Source: the human T2T-CHM13v2.0 reference genome, Homo sapiens | Length of the DNA: 64,000 bases | NCBI GenBank assembly: GCA_009914755.4 | Contig: CP068257.2 | Coordinates: forward strand, 36,096,001 to 36,160,000 | Direction: 5' to 3' | Part shown: one piece after another, positions 1-16,649 of the stretch | Position numbering within the stretch: position 1 is the first letter of the stretch | How the letters are laid out: the number at the start of each line of letters is the position of its first letter | Translations under genes and position numbers: made by a program | The notes under the pieces: generated by a model | Seen by the model: only the letters and a program-made list of their open reading frames with translations | What the model was told of the DNA's origin: nothing | The model's database searches: none

Positions 1-135
1 TCCTCCCCTTCTCCTCCTCTCCTTCCTCCCTTTCTCTTCCCTCCTTCCTCCCCTTCTCCTCCTCTCCTTCCTCCCTTTCTCTTCCCTCCTTCCTCCCCTT
101 CTACTTCTCCCTTCTATCTCCCTTCCTCCTCCCCA
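1..135. repeat. CT-rich polypyrimidine/polypurine low-complexity tract with ~48-bp internal periodicity (tcctcccctt ctcctcctct ccttcctccc tttctcttcc ctccttcc repeated ~2.5 times)
   Basis: Direct reading: the strand is almost pure C/T for ~135 bp and the first 48 bp recur at 49-96 and partly at 97-130. Confidence 0.9.
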
Positions 136-1484
136 CCCAACTATTGCCACACAAATGCACCCCCAAATCAGGCTCAAGGTACAGATAGTCCTGTTAACAC
201 CTGGAGCACTTATGTCTTATTTTGCAACAGTGACTTTTGTTATTCTTTAAAGCTACTTTCCGATTAGGTTCCTGTGCCTTTTGTTCTATGGAAAGGAGAC
301 CGCTCCTACCATTGAGCTCCATGCAAAGCCCTTTACTCACGTTTTCACTGTTTGCTGCATTTAAAAACCCTATAGCAAAAGTTTCACACCACCACCGTAA
401 AAGAAATTTGTGAGAGGTTGTGACCTTGCCTGTTGGGTACAGGGAGGTAGAAACATGGGACCCATGGCTTTTCCCTAAAAGGGATCACAGGATTAAGTTA
501 CTTGTCACAGGTTGATGAAGAACATGGGGCCAGCCTGCTGGTCATGCAATTTCAGACAATATAAACCACCTGAATCTCAAGCTGAAGACTTAAAAGCGTA
601 AAAGGGCTGATGGTATCAGGAAAAAGGACCCCAAAGACACTATTACTACCTCAAAGAACAATAAAGACCTTAATGAATTAGGGTTCTGGTTTATACTTTC
701 CCCGTGAGGCACTATGGTTATCTTGAGTCCTAGCTGATGGCTCTGTTTTGGGGGATGTTACATACAAACATGGGCAGAACCTGCTTTGCTGTTGGGATGT
801 GTAACGTGCAAATTTCAGACATGAGCGAAGACGTCAGTAAAAACAGACCATTTTCTCTATTTCCTGAACAGATCATCTTCCCTAAAACATCCCAATGATT
901 AGCCATTAACAGCAGGAGGGCCGGTGGGATTAAGATGAATGGATCTTCAACTTTTTTCTTTTCTGCTAGAGTTATTTACTGTGTCTGCAGCTTTATACTT
1001 ACTGGGAGCTCAGCAGGTTGAATGTGGAGAGATACTAGGCACTCACTTCATACAAAAGAAAAACCAATGCTGTAGGCCTTATAAATGACTCTCAAAGAAT
1101 GGGTGAAATTGCATTTTTATTAAAGCAGTTTGTCAGGCTTCCTTTGAAAGGCTTAACTTCCTCCTTCTAACTTGGTAACAAATAACCTCAAGTATTTAAA
1201 TTAGCAATGTTTTAAGGCCATTTAAAACATGCTTTAGAGACAGATCAGAGTTTAATTTAGGTAAATATTTGGAGACTTAAAATATATTACATGGTGATTT
1301 TTCATTGTTCATTAATTTATTTTCCAAAGGGCTTTAAAAAACTAAATGGTTAGGCTTCTTGGTGGATATACTTCAGGTGAGACATGTAGGCATACTATGT
1401 CATGAAGCAAGGGGATGTTGTCAATATTGAGTGAGGTTCAGTATTCTAGATCTTGTAATAGATAAGAACATCAGGTCCAGTTTA

Positions 1485-2615
<1,131 letters not shown>

Positions 2616-2879
2616 CTAGTTGACTTGGACTTCTGTGCTCTTCGATCTAGTTTGTGTAAGTACTTCACCATCCTGCCCACCAGGACGGAGCTTATTGCTG
2701 CAAAATTGTGTCCCTGCCAGCAGGTTCTACTGAGTCAGCTCTCACAGAGGGATGCCTCCCAACTCTGAGATGCTGTGGCATGGGAGAGGCAGTAAGCTCT
2801 GATGAAGGAGTCCTCTTTAGATTCAGACAGGCTTAGCTCTACTACTTAGCAACTCTTAGTGGGCTCTTGGCCATGATAT

Positions 2880-3275
2880 CTGTTATGGACTGTATTGTGT
2901 CCTCACCAAATCCATATGGGGCTTGAGCCCCAACCCCTAAGGTGACAGTATTGGGAGATAAGGCCTTTAAGGAGATAGTTAAAGGTTATATGAGGCCATA
3001 GGGTTGGGGCTCCAATCTAATAGGACTGGTATCCTTATGCGAAGAGGGAGAGACACCAGGGGTGCACACAAACAGAGGAAAAGCCATATGAGACACAGGG
3101 AGAAGGTGGCCATCTGCAAACCAAGGAGAGAGGGCTCCCAGAAACTAACCCTGCCAACACCTTGATCTTGAACTCCAGCCTCCAGAACGATGAGAAAATA
3201 AATGTCCATTGTTTAAGCCACCCATTCTGTGATATTTTATTATGGCAGCCTGAACTGACTTACAACACACTATCC
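2880..3275 (+). mobile_element. Ancient LTR-like interspersed repeat (ERVL-MaLR-type, MST/MLT-like; family not resolved)
   Basis: Contains hallmark motifs of this abundant family: ...gggagataaggcctttaaggagatag...aggttatatgaggcc...ctccagaacgatgagaaaataaatgtccattgtttaagccacccattctgtgatattttattatggcagcctgaactgac. Confidence 0.55.
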
Positions 3276-3380
3276 AAATTCGTGAGCCTCAGTTTCCTCA
3301 TTTACAAAATTGATCATGATACCCAACTCACAGTGTTGTTATAAGGTTAAACAAAACCATGTATGTGATCTGTGCCTGCA
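3270..3380. mobile_element. MIR (mammalian-wide interspersed repeat) core fragment
   Basis: gagcctcagtttcctcatttacaaaat...cccaactcacagtgttgttataaggttaaac resembles the MIR core (gagcctcagtttcctcatctgtaaaatggg...tcatagggttgttgtgaggattaaatg). Confidence 0.5.
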
Positions 3381-3699
3381 TGTAACAGACTTGCAATCAA
3401 TATTTTTTTGTAATAAATTGTTCCCTTGTCACTTTCCTTATGTTTAGGGCAAGAGTCTTGAACAAGCTCTTTGAACTATTGGCCAAATTTCAGGGTTTAA
3501 AAAACATTTCTGGTTTTTGTCGGTAAGTATGCATGCATTGTACTTTAATGGTTGATTCAATGCCAAGGTAAGTAAAAAAGGGTGGGGAAATGTTCTCTCT
3601 GTCTGTGTGCTTACATATTTGATTTGGTTTCTGCCTCCTCAACATTCAACATCTGTAATTTTAGCTTGTGGTTATTTTTTTTCTTTTAAAAAAGTTTAA

Positions 3700-4003
<304 letters not shown>

Positions 4004-4639
4004 ATGTTGTTTCTTATGGCTTTCATGATTAATGCACTGGTTCACTCATTAGTTAATAATGCATTAGGAAAGCTCTCCTAAAACTTGAGTGCAGGGGAAT
4101 TTTGGAACCGATTTCTGCTGTTTAAAAGCATATAATCCACTTATGAAATTATTTATTTGGCCAATAATACTAAAGTCTTCTACAAGTTTGGTAAGAAATT
4201 TCTTCCTCCAGACTTAAATTCTGTGTCGTTTGACTCTGCCATGTGTTTCCTTTATGGACACTCTGTTTTTAATCTTGGTTAAAGGACAAATGTCATCTCT
4301 CCACAAACCATCATTTATCTGAATAAGAACATAGCCGGAGATGGGATTTGAGTGCCCCCAACCTAACTTATGAGTTAACCTTGCTCATGGATGATCAGTT
4401 GCCTTAAAAATCAATCTCCTGGATCTGTTTTTGTGTTTCAGCCTCAGGAAGAGACAGCATCTGTTCTGCAGAGCCTACTCTCTAGTCTGACAGCTTTGAC
4501 TTTTAGATGATCTCCCTCAGTAGTCCTTCATTGAAAATAAGAAAAGTCATTCATTTGTAAGAAAATTTGCTTTTTTCCCTTTCTTAGAACAAATACCAGG
4601 ATAGGTGTTGATGGGGGGCTGTTGAGGTTGGGAGGGCTG

Positions 4640-4840
4640 GAGGTGGGGTGGGTGTATGGATGGAGGCAGAGGCCATGTCCTTCTCACTGGAGTTAGGGTG
4701 GGTGTGTGGAGGGAGGCAGGGGCCATGTCCTGCTCACTGGAGATGGGGTGGGTGTATGGATGGAGGCAAAGGCCATGTCCTTCTCACTGGAGGTGGGTTG
4801 GGATGTGTGGAGGGAGGCAGAGGCCATGGCTTTCTCACTG
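4640..4840. repeat. Minisatellite, ~50-bp unit x ~4 (ggtgggtgtatggatggaggcagaggccatgtccttctcactggagttag)
   Basis: Direct reading of four tandem, ~85-90% identical units at 4646, 4697, 4747 and 4796. Confidence 0.9.
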
Positions 4841-5894
4841 CCGCTACCCCCTACATGGCAGGGTGTTCTTGTCCTTGAATGGTCAACAACTCTGAGCTCT
4901 CACTGCTAATTTTGTGCTGAGTGGAAGTCTCTAAATATGACTTTATATGGAACGGTGTCTGGGCTCAAACTGTGCCTGGCTGGGGAGACCTTGTCTGCAG
5001 AGCCCTGCGAAGGGTCCAGCAGGCCTGGTGTATATCCCGTCTTGACCGCTGGGAGGCTGCCCAGCTGTGCAAAGCCACCCTAAGCTCTTGTCTTTCTGAG
5101 TCCTTAAGTGGGAGAAGAGGGTTTGTCAAATTAGCTGATTCTCAAGTCTTCAGTGATATATCATACTTAAAAAATGTTACAAAGGAAATTTATTCCTGCC
5201 TCCCCTCCATCTCCAATTTGTAGGCTTTATCCCTTTTCTGACTAAACTGCAAACCCCCAGCTCCAGGCAATTGTCCTGACCTGGAAGAACCTGTTTTGAA
5301 AGGTTAATGAATGAGTAGCGATCAGTGCTCTGGAAAGTCTGGGGGGATATCTGTTACTCCCCTAAAATCCAGTTCCTCCCAGGGCTGGACCACATTTCTC
5401 ATCCTCTTTGCATTGAGGGTTGGCCATGGTGATTGAGTCTTGGCCCATCTGGAGTTGAGTGTGTCTTCCTGGGCCATTGTCCTAAACAGTGGATGTGTCC
5501 CCTCCTTATGCCTTTGCCCCTTCTGTGGGGGACAATGAAGTCAAGAGGTGAAGGAGCCTGGATCCTGAGTCATGGGTGGAGAGCTGCTATCTATCTGTCT
5601 AGAAACCAGAAAAGCAATGATTGTGTTTGACCCATTATATATTTTGTGTCTGTTTTCAAATTGAGCCTTATCTCTAATGTTGTGGGAAGAAATATATGAC
5701 ACCTATAAGCAGATAGAAGAGTGGTCAGGGGGAATGGTTGTGGGAAAGAGCAAAGACAGAGAAAAGAAAGCCGAAGATGAATGTCTGGGTTTAGTGTTTG
5801 TAATGAATTAGTCTGGGGTTAATTAAATGCTTGTGTTTGTTATTAGGGGAAGAAATGTAATGCAATGCTACTTCATTGCCTTTAAAAACCAACA

Positions 5895-6200
5895 AAAAGT
5901 AAACACTGCATATTCTCATAGGTGGGAATTGAACAATGAGAACACTTGGATGCAGGGCGGGGAACATCACACACCGGTGCCTGTTAGGGGGTGGGGGATT
6001 GGGGGAGGGATAGTATTAGGAGAAATACCTAATGTAAATGACAAGTTGATGGGTGCAGCACACCAACATGGCACATGTATACCTATGTAACAAACCTGCA
6101 CTTTGTGCACAGGTACCCTAGAACTTAAAGTATAATAATAATAAAAAAATACAATAACAATGGGAAACAAAAAAACAACAAAAATTTCAAAACAAACAGA
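5895..6200 (+). mobile_element. L1 3' end fragment (3' UTR portion) with A-rich tail
   Basis: cataggtgggaattgaacaatgagaacacttggatgcagggcggggaacatcacacaccggtgcctgttaggggg...gagggatagtattaggagaaatacctaatgtaaatgacaagttgatgggtgcagcacaccaacatggcacatgtatacctatgtaacaaacctgcactttgtgcacaggtaccctagaacttaaagtataataataataaaaaaa is the canonical L1PA 3' UTR terminus. Confidence 0.9.
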
Positions 6201-7959
6201 AAAAGCCAAACCTCCCTGGTAGTGTGTTTGGAAGGTGGCTCCGGTGGGTCCCTCCCAGGTGAGGCCGTGGGTGCAGGCCAGGTGCATCCATGGGGAGATG
6301 GGGAGGGAAGGCTGGGCCTTGCATCATGGCAGCTGGTGGGATGAACAGGCATGGAGTTGAGAGAAATAAAAAAAGCCAAGGAAATGTGAGAGTTCTGGGA
6401 GAGAAGAGATGAAGGAGGAGCCCCGAGGGGCCAGGAGGAGGAGAGGGTGTGGGGTATGGGGTGGGTGAGAGCAAAAGAGGGGCCAGAGCCTCAGGGCTGT
6501 GTCCAGAGTCATCACAGGGAATGGGGCTAGGGAGAGAGGGCGAGTCCAGGTCTGAGCAGGGAGCGGCGGCTCAGCACTCACTGGCATGCATGCAGATGTT
6601 GCAGGGTAAATATAGAAGGAAATGGTGATCACATTTTGTGACGTTTCTTTCTTTCTCGGAATCCCAGGTGTGAATTTGAGCGGGGGATCTGAATCGCATC
6701 TCCAGGAGCATTTTGAGCTGCTCCGTAGGGCAAGTTGCAGCTGTGGTTGGGAGAGCAGACATTTCTCCCATGTTACTGCACAGCTGATGACACAGGCAAC
6801 TTCTTACCACCAAGGATAATGTAGAGGGGGTACACCCTCTGTTAACCATGAAATGCTGCACAAATGTGCAAAGGGACCCAAAGAATGGCGCTGAGAACTT
6901 TGATGATTTACTTGACTTTGAGAGTAGCTTTTCAGGATTTTGGCTCAGAGTAAATGTGGGCCTGTGTGAAGGTCAGTTTTTCTCCTCCTCTCTTTTGTTT
7001 CTTTCTCCTTCTCTTTTAGAAAAATTATCAATTTACATGGAACTAGCTAAGGTACAAAATAGCCTCATGTTGAAATTTAATCTGAAAGAAATAATAATAA
7101 ATGACAGAGCCACAGCTGGGCGGAGCCTTGTCCTCGAATCAGTGGGATTGTGTTGTTGCATTTCAGGTACAGCTCTTGTTGCAGGGAAGCCTCCCCTGGT
7201 GGCCCTGGTCTGTAGTAGATGTTTCTTACATTTCAAGTTGTATATGAATTTTGCAGGTGAAACTTCCAGTATCCAAGAAAACATACAAAAAGTACTTTGA
7301 GACTTTTTAATGTCGTGGGGAAAACCTAGTTGAGAAAAACAGGATAGATCTCTAATGTACCTGCAAAGTCAAAGATTGGAAGGAAATACACCAGATGTGA
7401 ATGTTAATAGGGCAATTTTGGGTGGGGGGGTTCATGAGTACTTTTAATTTTCTTGTTAAACAAACATTTTTGAAATTTTCTAGAATACATTTATATTACT
7501 TTTATAATTAAAAAAACAAATTGCCAAACAACACATCGAGACACTCTAGATACCTGATTTAAGAAATGTATCACACAAAGAGCTAAATAATGATAAAGCA
7601 CTTGATCTGAAGGTATCCCATCCCATACAGCTGACAATTTAGAAACTGAGACATTTGCTTGACCTGAATCCAAGAAAATCGTAACTAAACCCTACAGGGT
7701 CCTTATTGGGGGTATGAATTAGAAGGAAAAATGAGAATGTATGCAAGTTTGAGGCAACTTGAGGAGTGAAACCTATAGGACAAGTCGAGTCAGCTATCCC
7801 TGTAACTGTCCAGGGGACCTTGAAGGAGGAGGGTGTCCAGGAGGCCTGGGGGCTGGGGGCGCTGTCACAGTGAGCTAAGGAGAACGGGACAGATGTCATC
7901 TTTCTCTTGGGTTTAACCAAGTGTCAGTTGTTTGGGCAGTGCCCTTAGTGACACAGAAG

Positions 7960-9050
<1,091 letters not shown>

Positions 9051-9229
9051 TTTCCGCCGGTTGGAAGTAAGTTAAAACACTGTGGAAACAGAGATCAGAG
9101 AAAGAGGCACTGGGGAGGGTATCGGCAACATTACATTTCAATTTGTCTTGGGTGTAGAGCAGGATGGGTTAGCCCAAGGTAATGGTGAGTATGTGCTTGC
9201 TTCCTGATGGACAAAGACTGGGATGGTGG

Positions 9230-11275
9230 GGCATCTGAAAAGCAAGCACAGGAAGTCCTAGCCAGAGCAATCAGGCAAGGGAAAGAAATAAAATACATCC
9301 AAATAGGAAGAGAAGAAGTAAAATGATCTCTCTTTGCTGATAATATGATTCTATACCTAAAAAATACTAAAGACTCTGCCAAAAGGCTCCTGGAACTGAT
9401 AAACAACTTCGGTAGAGTTTCAGGATGCAAAAATCAATGTACAAAAAATCAGTGTCATTTCTATACACTAATAATGTTCAAGCTGAGAGCTGAATCAAGA
9501 ATAAAATCCCACTTATCATAGCCACACAAAAATAAAACACCTAGGAATATATCTAACCAAGGAGGTGAATGATCTCTACAAGAACTACAAAACACTGTGG
9601 AAAGAAATCAGAGATGACACAAATGGAAAAACATCCCATGCTCATGGACTGGAAGAATCAATATCATTAAAACAGCCATATTGCCCAAAGCAATCTACAG
9701 ATTCAATGCTATTCCTATGAAACTACCAATGTCATTTTTCACAGATTTATAAAAACTGTTCTAAAATTCATATGGAACCAAAAAACCTGAATAGCTAAAG
9801 CAATCGTAGGCAAAAAGTACAAAGCCAGAAGCATCACATTATCTGACTTCAAACTACACTATAAGGCTACAGTAACCAAAACAGCACGGTACTGGTACAA
9901 AAACAGACACATAGACCAATGCAACAGAACAGAGAACTCAGCAATAAAGCCACATACCTATAGCCATCTGATCTTTGACAAGGTTGACAAAAATAAGCAG
10001 TGGGGAAAGGACTTTCTATTTAATAATGGTACTGGGATAGCTGGCTAGCCATGTGCAGAAGAATGAAATTCAATCCCTACCTTTCACCATATACAAAGAT
10101 TAACTCAATATAGATTAAAAGTTTAAATGTAAGACCTCAAACTATAAGAATCCTAGGAGGAAACCTAGGAAACACCATTCTGGACATCAGCCTTCGGAAA
10201 GAATATATGACTACGTCCCTTGAAAACAATTGCAACAAGTCAAAAGTTGATACGCAGGCCCTAATTAAACTAAAGAGCCTCTGTACAGCAAAACAAACTA
10301 TCAACAGGGTAAACAGACAACCAAGGTAATGGGAGATAATATTGGCAAACTGCATCTGACTAAGGTGTAATATCCAAAATCTAAAAGGAATTTAATTTAA
10401 CAAGGAAAAAACAACCCCATTAACAAGTGGGCAACAGACATAAACAGACTTCTCAAAAGAAGACATACAAGTGGTCAACAAACATATGAAAAAATGTTTA
10501 ACATCTCCGATCATCAGAGAAATGCAAATGAAAGCCGCAGTGAGATACCTTCTCACACCAGTCAGAATGGCTATTATTAAAAAGTCAAAAAACAACAGAT
10601 GCTTGTGAGGCTGTGGAGAAAAGGGAAACTTATATACTGTTGGTGGAAATATAAATTAGTTTAGCCACGGTGGAAAGCAATTTGGAGATTTCTCAAAGAA
10701 CTCAGAGCTGCCATTCAACCCAGCAATCCCACTACTGAATATATTCCCAAAGGAAAATAAATTCTTCTACCAAGAAGATACATGCATTTGTATGTTCATC
10801 GCAGCATTATTCACAAAGAGTAAAGACATGGAATCAACCTAGGTGCCCATCATTGGTGGACTGGTTAAAGAAAATGTGGTACAATACACCATGGAATACT
10901 ACACAGCCATGAAAAGAATGAAATCACATCCTTTGCAGCATAGTAGGTGGAGGTCATTATCCCAAGTGAATTAACGCAGGAACAGAAAACCAAATACTGT
11001 ATGTTCTCACTTATGAGTAGGAGCTAAACACTGAGGATTAATGGATGTAAAGATAGCATTGGGAAACACTGGGGACTACTAGAGGGGAGAAGGAGGGACG
11101 GGCTCAAGGGTTGAAAACCTATTGGTACTACGTTCACTAAATGTGTGACAGAATGTTGTACTCCAAACCTCAGCATCAAGCAATATGCCCATGTAACAAT
11201 CCTGCACACGTACTCCTTGAATCTAAAATACAAATTGACTGATAGAAAACAAATAAAAAAAAAAAAGAAAAGCAA
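9230..11275 (+). mobile_element. L1 (older primate L1PB/L1MA-like) 5'-truncated copy running from the ORF2 reverse-transcriptase region to the 3' end and poly-A
   Basis: The conceptual translation contains ...[51 protein letters not shown]..., ...[40 protein letters not shown]... and ...[56 protein letters not shown].... It ends ...ctccttgaatctaaaatacaaattgactgatagaaaacaaataaaaaaaaaaaagaaaag. Confidence 0.85.
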
Positions 11276-12415
11276 GAACAGCATGTGTAAAAGTCTTTAA
11301 AGGCATGAAACAACTTTGGTTGGGAGTGGCACAGATTCTGCACTGCTGGTATGCGGTGTGCGTGGAGGAAATGAAGGGGAATGGGAAATGAGAAAAGAGA
11401 GGTGGATGAAGCCCACGCTGGGCCCTGAAGTCCTCTGTGCTAGACTAAGGAGATTGTTTTTAAACTGGGGAGTGATATGATTGAGTATTTTGAGTGTTTT
11501 AGAAAGGTCTCTGAAGAGCAGTGGTATGGAGTATAGATTAGATGCAAGGGTCGGCAAGCATTCTGTAAAGAGCCAGACGGTAAATACTTTTGCTTAGTCA
11601 ATGTGTTGCTTTCAGGAAACACAGGTCTCTGTTGCATATTAAAAAAAAAAACTTTTTACAACCCTTACAACACGCACAACTATTACTAGCTTTTAGCTCA
11701 TGGGTAACACAGGAAGCGTCTGCAGTCTGGCTTTGAGTCACTGGGCAGTCGGTTGTTGAAGGGTGCCTGTAGGAAGGAGAAATGGCCAGGTGCTGAAATA
11801 AGGAGGCAGCCATGGGAGTGAAGAGATGGCAGTGGATTTGGGGCTAAGAAGTAGAACTGATTTAAGTTGGAGACTAGTGAGTGTGGAGGGGAGTGGGCAG
11901 GAGAATGACCCAATGGCGGTTGGGTAGTATGGTGGTCGAGACAGGAAGAATGGATTTTGGATGGCAGAGGATCATGTTCGTTTGGGCATATTCAGTTTAA
12001 AGTATCTGCAGACATTCAGGTGAGTTCTCCTGTAGGCAACCAGGTGTGTGGGGCTAGAGCTGAGGGCGACCTGGACCTGGAGCAGTTGCAGAGGAAGCAT
12101 TTCTCAAGGGCATTATTCACTGCAGGCTGTGGGACAACTGATTGCCCTCCTGGAAAAAAAATGATGAGTCTTCTCCTTATTCCTTTTATTAGAATAAATT
12201 CTAAAGAGATCAAGGATTTAAAGGCAAAAAATAAAACTACAGAAGTGTAAGATGTCTTAAAAAAAATTCTAAGATTTAGGCAGGCCTTTTTTTAACCATG
12301 ACAGAAATCCAGAAACTATTTTAAAAGAATATTTCTGACAATGTAAAAATTGTAAATGTCTATTAAAAAAACAGGAAAAATATTTACAACACGACACATA
12401 TATATTCCCAGTTTA

Positions 12416-12790
<375 letters not shown>

Positions 12791-13123
12791 TTACCCTAAG
12801 ATTCGCAAAATTTTAAATAAATGACAAATGAGTATGTGAAAGGTGTGTGTTGGGAGAGGAAGTGTAATTTCATACTTGTATGTATTACGTGTAATAGCAC
12901 AGTCTTTCCGGAAGGAAGGGTAAGAGTAGGTATCACAATTTAGAAATGAAAATTCACCTTGGACTGACAATTGAGGGTCATTTATTCTAAGGAATTAACA
13001 TAACAAATATTCATAAATTGTATGCAGGGATGTAGTACAGCCTCTTTTATAATAGTGAAAAATCAGAAACAACCCAAATGTCTATCACCAGAGCATTGGT
13101 TAAACATACTGCTGCAGATATAA

Positions 13124-13694
<571 letters not shown>

Positions 13695-13889
13695 TAGGGA
13701 TCTCTTTCTGTTTTATTCACTGCTAGAGCTCAGGCCCTGGAAAAAGCACGTGGTACATGGAGTAGGGCCACAGCACTTATTTATTGAATGAGTAGGTGTA
13801 TGTTTATTGACCTGGCAAATTGTCCATGCCACAGCATTAAGAGAAGCAGCAGCATAAGAAACATATCGTCTACTTTGCAAATATTGCCA

Positions 13890-13945
13890 TCTTACAGTAA
13901 TGTGTGCATGTTTGTGAATGTGTGTGTATGTGTGTGTGTAAAGAA
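13890..13945. repeat. (TG)n-rich microsatellite
   Basis: gtgtgcatgtttgtgaatgtgtgtgtatgtgtgtgtgtaaag. Confidence 0.9.
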
Positions 13946-14149
13946 TGAATGTTCTCCAAAGTATAAATTTTGATTAATCTCTGAGTTGTAAGTTTCTGTG
14001 GGTGTCTTTGCTTTCTCTTTTAATTCTTCTATTTAAAAATTTCCCCTAATATGCTTCTACCATCTAAAGAACCAGTAGGAAACATAAATCTATTTCTATT
14101 TTGAATAACCAAAACAAATGCTGCATAGAGCTACTGGGAGCTGTCCATT

Positions 14150-14610
14150 GGACTTGGCAATAGGGATTCACTAGTGTTGTGGATTGAAGGGTTCCCCTCC
14201 AAAGTTCATATCTACCCCAAACCTCAGAAGGTGACCTTATATGGAAATAGGGTCTTTGCAGATATAAATAAGGTAGGGGTCAATATATGATCATATGGAA
14301 TTAAGGTGGGCTCTAAGTCCAATTAGATGTCCTCATAAGAGACGAGCAGAATTCACAGGGACATGGAGAAGCAGCCAGATAAAGACAGAGGCAGAGACTG
14401 CAGAGATGTGGTCTCAAGGCAAGGAACACCCGGAGCCAACAGAAGCTGGAAGAGGCAAGGAAAGATTCTCCCTTTGAGCTTTTGGAGGGAGGGTGGCCTG
14501 CTGACACCTCGACTTTGGACTCTGACCTCTAGATTATGAGAGGATAAGTCTCTTTTGTTTTAAGCTGCCCAGTTCATGGTATTTGTTATGGCAACCCCTG
14601 GAAACTAATA
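14150..14610 (+). mobile_element. Ancient LTR-like interspersed repeat, same MaLR-type family as 2880-3275
   Basis: ...catatctaccccaaacctcagaaggtgaccttatatggaaatagggtctttgcagatataaataaggtaggggtcaa...ggaattaaggtgggctctaagtccaat...cctcataagagacgagcagaattcacagggacatggagaagcagccagataaagacagaggcagagactg...gactctgacctctagattatgagaggataagtctcttttgttttaagctgcccagttcatggtatttgttatggcaacccctggaaactaatag. Confidence 0.6.
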
Positions 14611-14764
14611 GTAGGGGTGACTTTGGTGATGGTGGTGTTGGTGGAGTGGTGGGGTCTAAGGCAGATTGCAGTGGGTTAAGGAGTGACTCACCTGTGAGGG
14701 AGTGAGGGACGGTGAGTGTAGATGAAGTATTTAAAGGCAGAGAGAGCTGGAGGGGAGCTGAATG

Positions 14765-14850
14765 GAGTGAGGACTCACGTGTGTGTGTGTGTGTGTGCAT
14801 GGATGTGTGTGCATGTGTGCACATGTGTCATGGGTGTATATGTGAACTGG
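14765..14850. repeat. (TG)n / (TGTGCA)-type impure microsatellite
   Basis: cacgtgtgtgtgtgtgtgtgtgcatggatgtgtgtgcatgtgtgcacatgtgtcatgggtgtatatgtg. Confidence 0.9.
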
Positions 14851-15289
14851 GGGAGTTTTGAATACTTTTACATGTTGAGAAGGAGCCAAAAGGGTTTAGG
14901 TTGATGTTATAAGGAAGAGGGAGAGCCGGTTATAAGGAAGAGGGATAGTCGGGTGTTTGATAGAATAGAAGTCAAGACAAAATGCTGCTGAGACCTCTGG
15001 TAGGAGGGTAGGCTCAAATGGAAAAAGTGATGAACTTCATCCCAGAGTGGTGGCGAATATTTGGGAGGAACGGAGAAAGATGGGGGAGAAACAGAACCTT
15101 GGAGACAGTTCTCTTAGGGTTTGTATCACAAACAAGCCTCAAACTGGCTCATTTTTGAGTGTGAATTTCAAGAATGCTCTATTTCAGTTGATTCATTGAA
15201 TTGAATCTGCATCTAGCAACAACAACAACAACAACAAACTGAACTCAGCATAATCACAGATCAAGCAAAGCCTTCTGCATCTTGACTGG

Positions 15290-15800
15290 TCAAGAAAGGC
15301 ATATATAAATGAGTATTTGTATATCCATGTTCATAGCAGCGTTATTCACAGTGGCCAAAAGGTGGTAGCAATTCGAGTGTCCATCAACAGAAAAATGGAT
15401 AAACAAAATGTGTTCTATCCATACAGTGGAGTATTATTCAGCCTTGAAAAGGAAGAAAATTCTAACACATGCTCCCACATGGGTGAAGCTTGAGGACATT
15501 ATGCTCAGTGAAATAAGCCAGACACGAAAGGACAAGTACTATATGATTTCACTTACGTGAGGTTCCTAGAATAGCCAAATTCATAGAGACAAAGCAGAAT
15601 GGTGATTGCCAGGGGCTGGAGCAGGGGGATTGGGGAGTTAATGTGTAATGGGGACAGTTTCTGTTTGGGAAGATGAAGAGTTCTGGAAATGGATGGTATT
15701 TCCATTTACCTTGAATGTATCATTGAAGTGTGCGCTTTAAGAATCGTTAAAATGATAAATTTTATGTTAGGTATATTTTACCACAATGAAAAGGAGATTG
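15290..15800 (+). mobile_element. Old L1 (L1M-type) 3' end fragment
   Basis: The translation contains diverged ORF2 C-terminus and 3' UTR motifs: ...FIAALFTVAKRW.QFECPSTEKWINKMCSIHTVEYYSALKRKKILTHAPTWVKLEDIMLSEISQTRKDKYYMISLT.... It is followed by ...agaatagccaaattcatagagacaaagcagaatggtgattgccaggggctggagcaggggg, characteristic of L1M/L1MA 3' ends. Confidence 0.8.
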
Positions 15801-15994
15801 TGCTTAAACACAGAAAGCATAAATATATTTAAAATGAGAGATCAGCTTGTGACTGCATTCTTGTCTCATTGCAGGAAGAGCTTACAAAGAGCTACGATGC
15901 TATAGCTCCAGACTGAAAAATGGTGGGATTTTGCCATCATATTGATTCCTGCGATCTTGGATTTATAACCAGTTACTAGTTAGTGATGCCTCTG

Positions 15995-16032
15995 GGTAGG
16001 TATGTGTGTGTGTGTGTGTGTATATATATATG
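15995..16032. repeat. (TG)n(TA)n compound microsatellite
   Basis: gtatgtgtgtgtgtgtgtgtgtatatatatatgtttg. Confidence 0.95.
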
Positions 16033-16649
16033 TTTGAATTGCAAAGCAGATGTAGAGAAAAGCGTATGGAGAGAGACGCTTCCATTTTATGACCTAGACA
16101 CATGTGAGAGATAATTCAGAGCTGTAGTTACAAGTGGAACCAGAAGTTCAAAATCAGTAGTTTCCTTTTGGTCCCTTGCCCTGATGTTTATCCTTTGGCA
16201 TAAGTCCTTATCTGAAGTCTTGCCCATCAGCGACTGGTGATAACACTTGTCATTTGTGTCTGTGTTGTCATGTGAAGGTGAGCTGGTTTTGATTTGCTGT
16301 GTCCCTTGAGCTGTTGTGACTAGGGGAGACTATTCTAATCAGAATTCCAGACAGACCAGAAAGTTTGAAGTCATAGGTGTATGTGGTAGAACAGATCCTA
16401 CATCCCATGAGGACCTGGTGACAGCTTCTAAAGGGTAAAGGGTCCTATTAGCATTTTAGCTTGGGGACCCCACAATGTGAATTTAAATTTAGAATGTCTA
16501 GTACCCACTGCAAGGTCAAAACACTGATGTTGGCTGCTCATGGCATATGGCTGGGTAAAATGTGCAATTTCATTGCTTAAAGGAGATAAACGCCACGTCA
16601 CTCTGGGCTGGATAAAGGAGACAGATATTCAATACCCTGATTCTTCTTC

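Noticed and set aside
6200-6600. GC-rich stretch considered as a possible CpG island or promoter
   Set aside because: It is G+C rich but contains very few CpG dinucleotides (it is GG/CC/AGG-rich), so it does not meet CpG-island criteria. It generates only chance Pro-rich ORFs.
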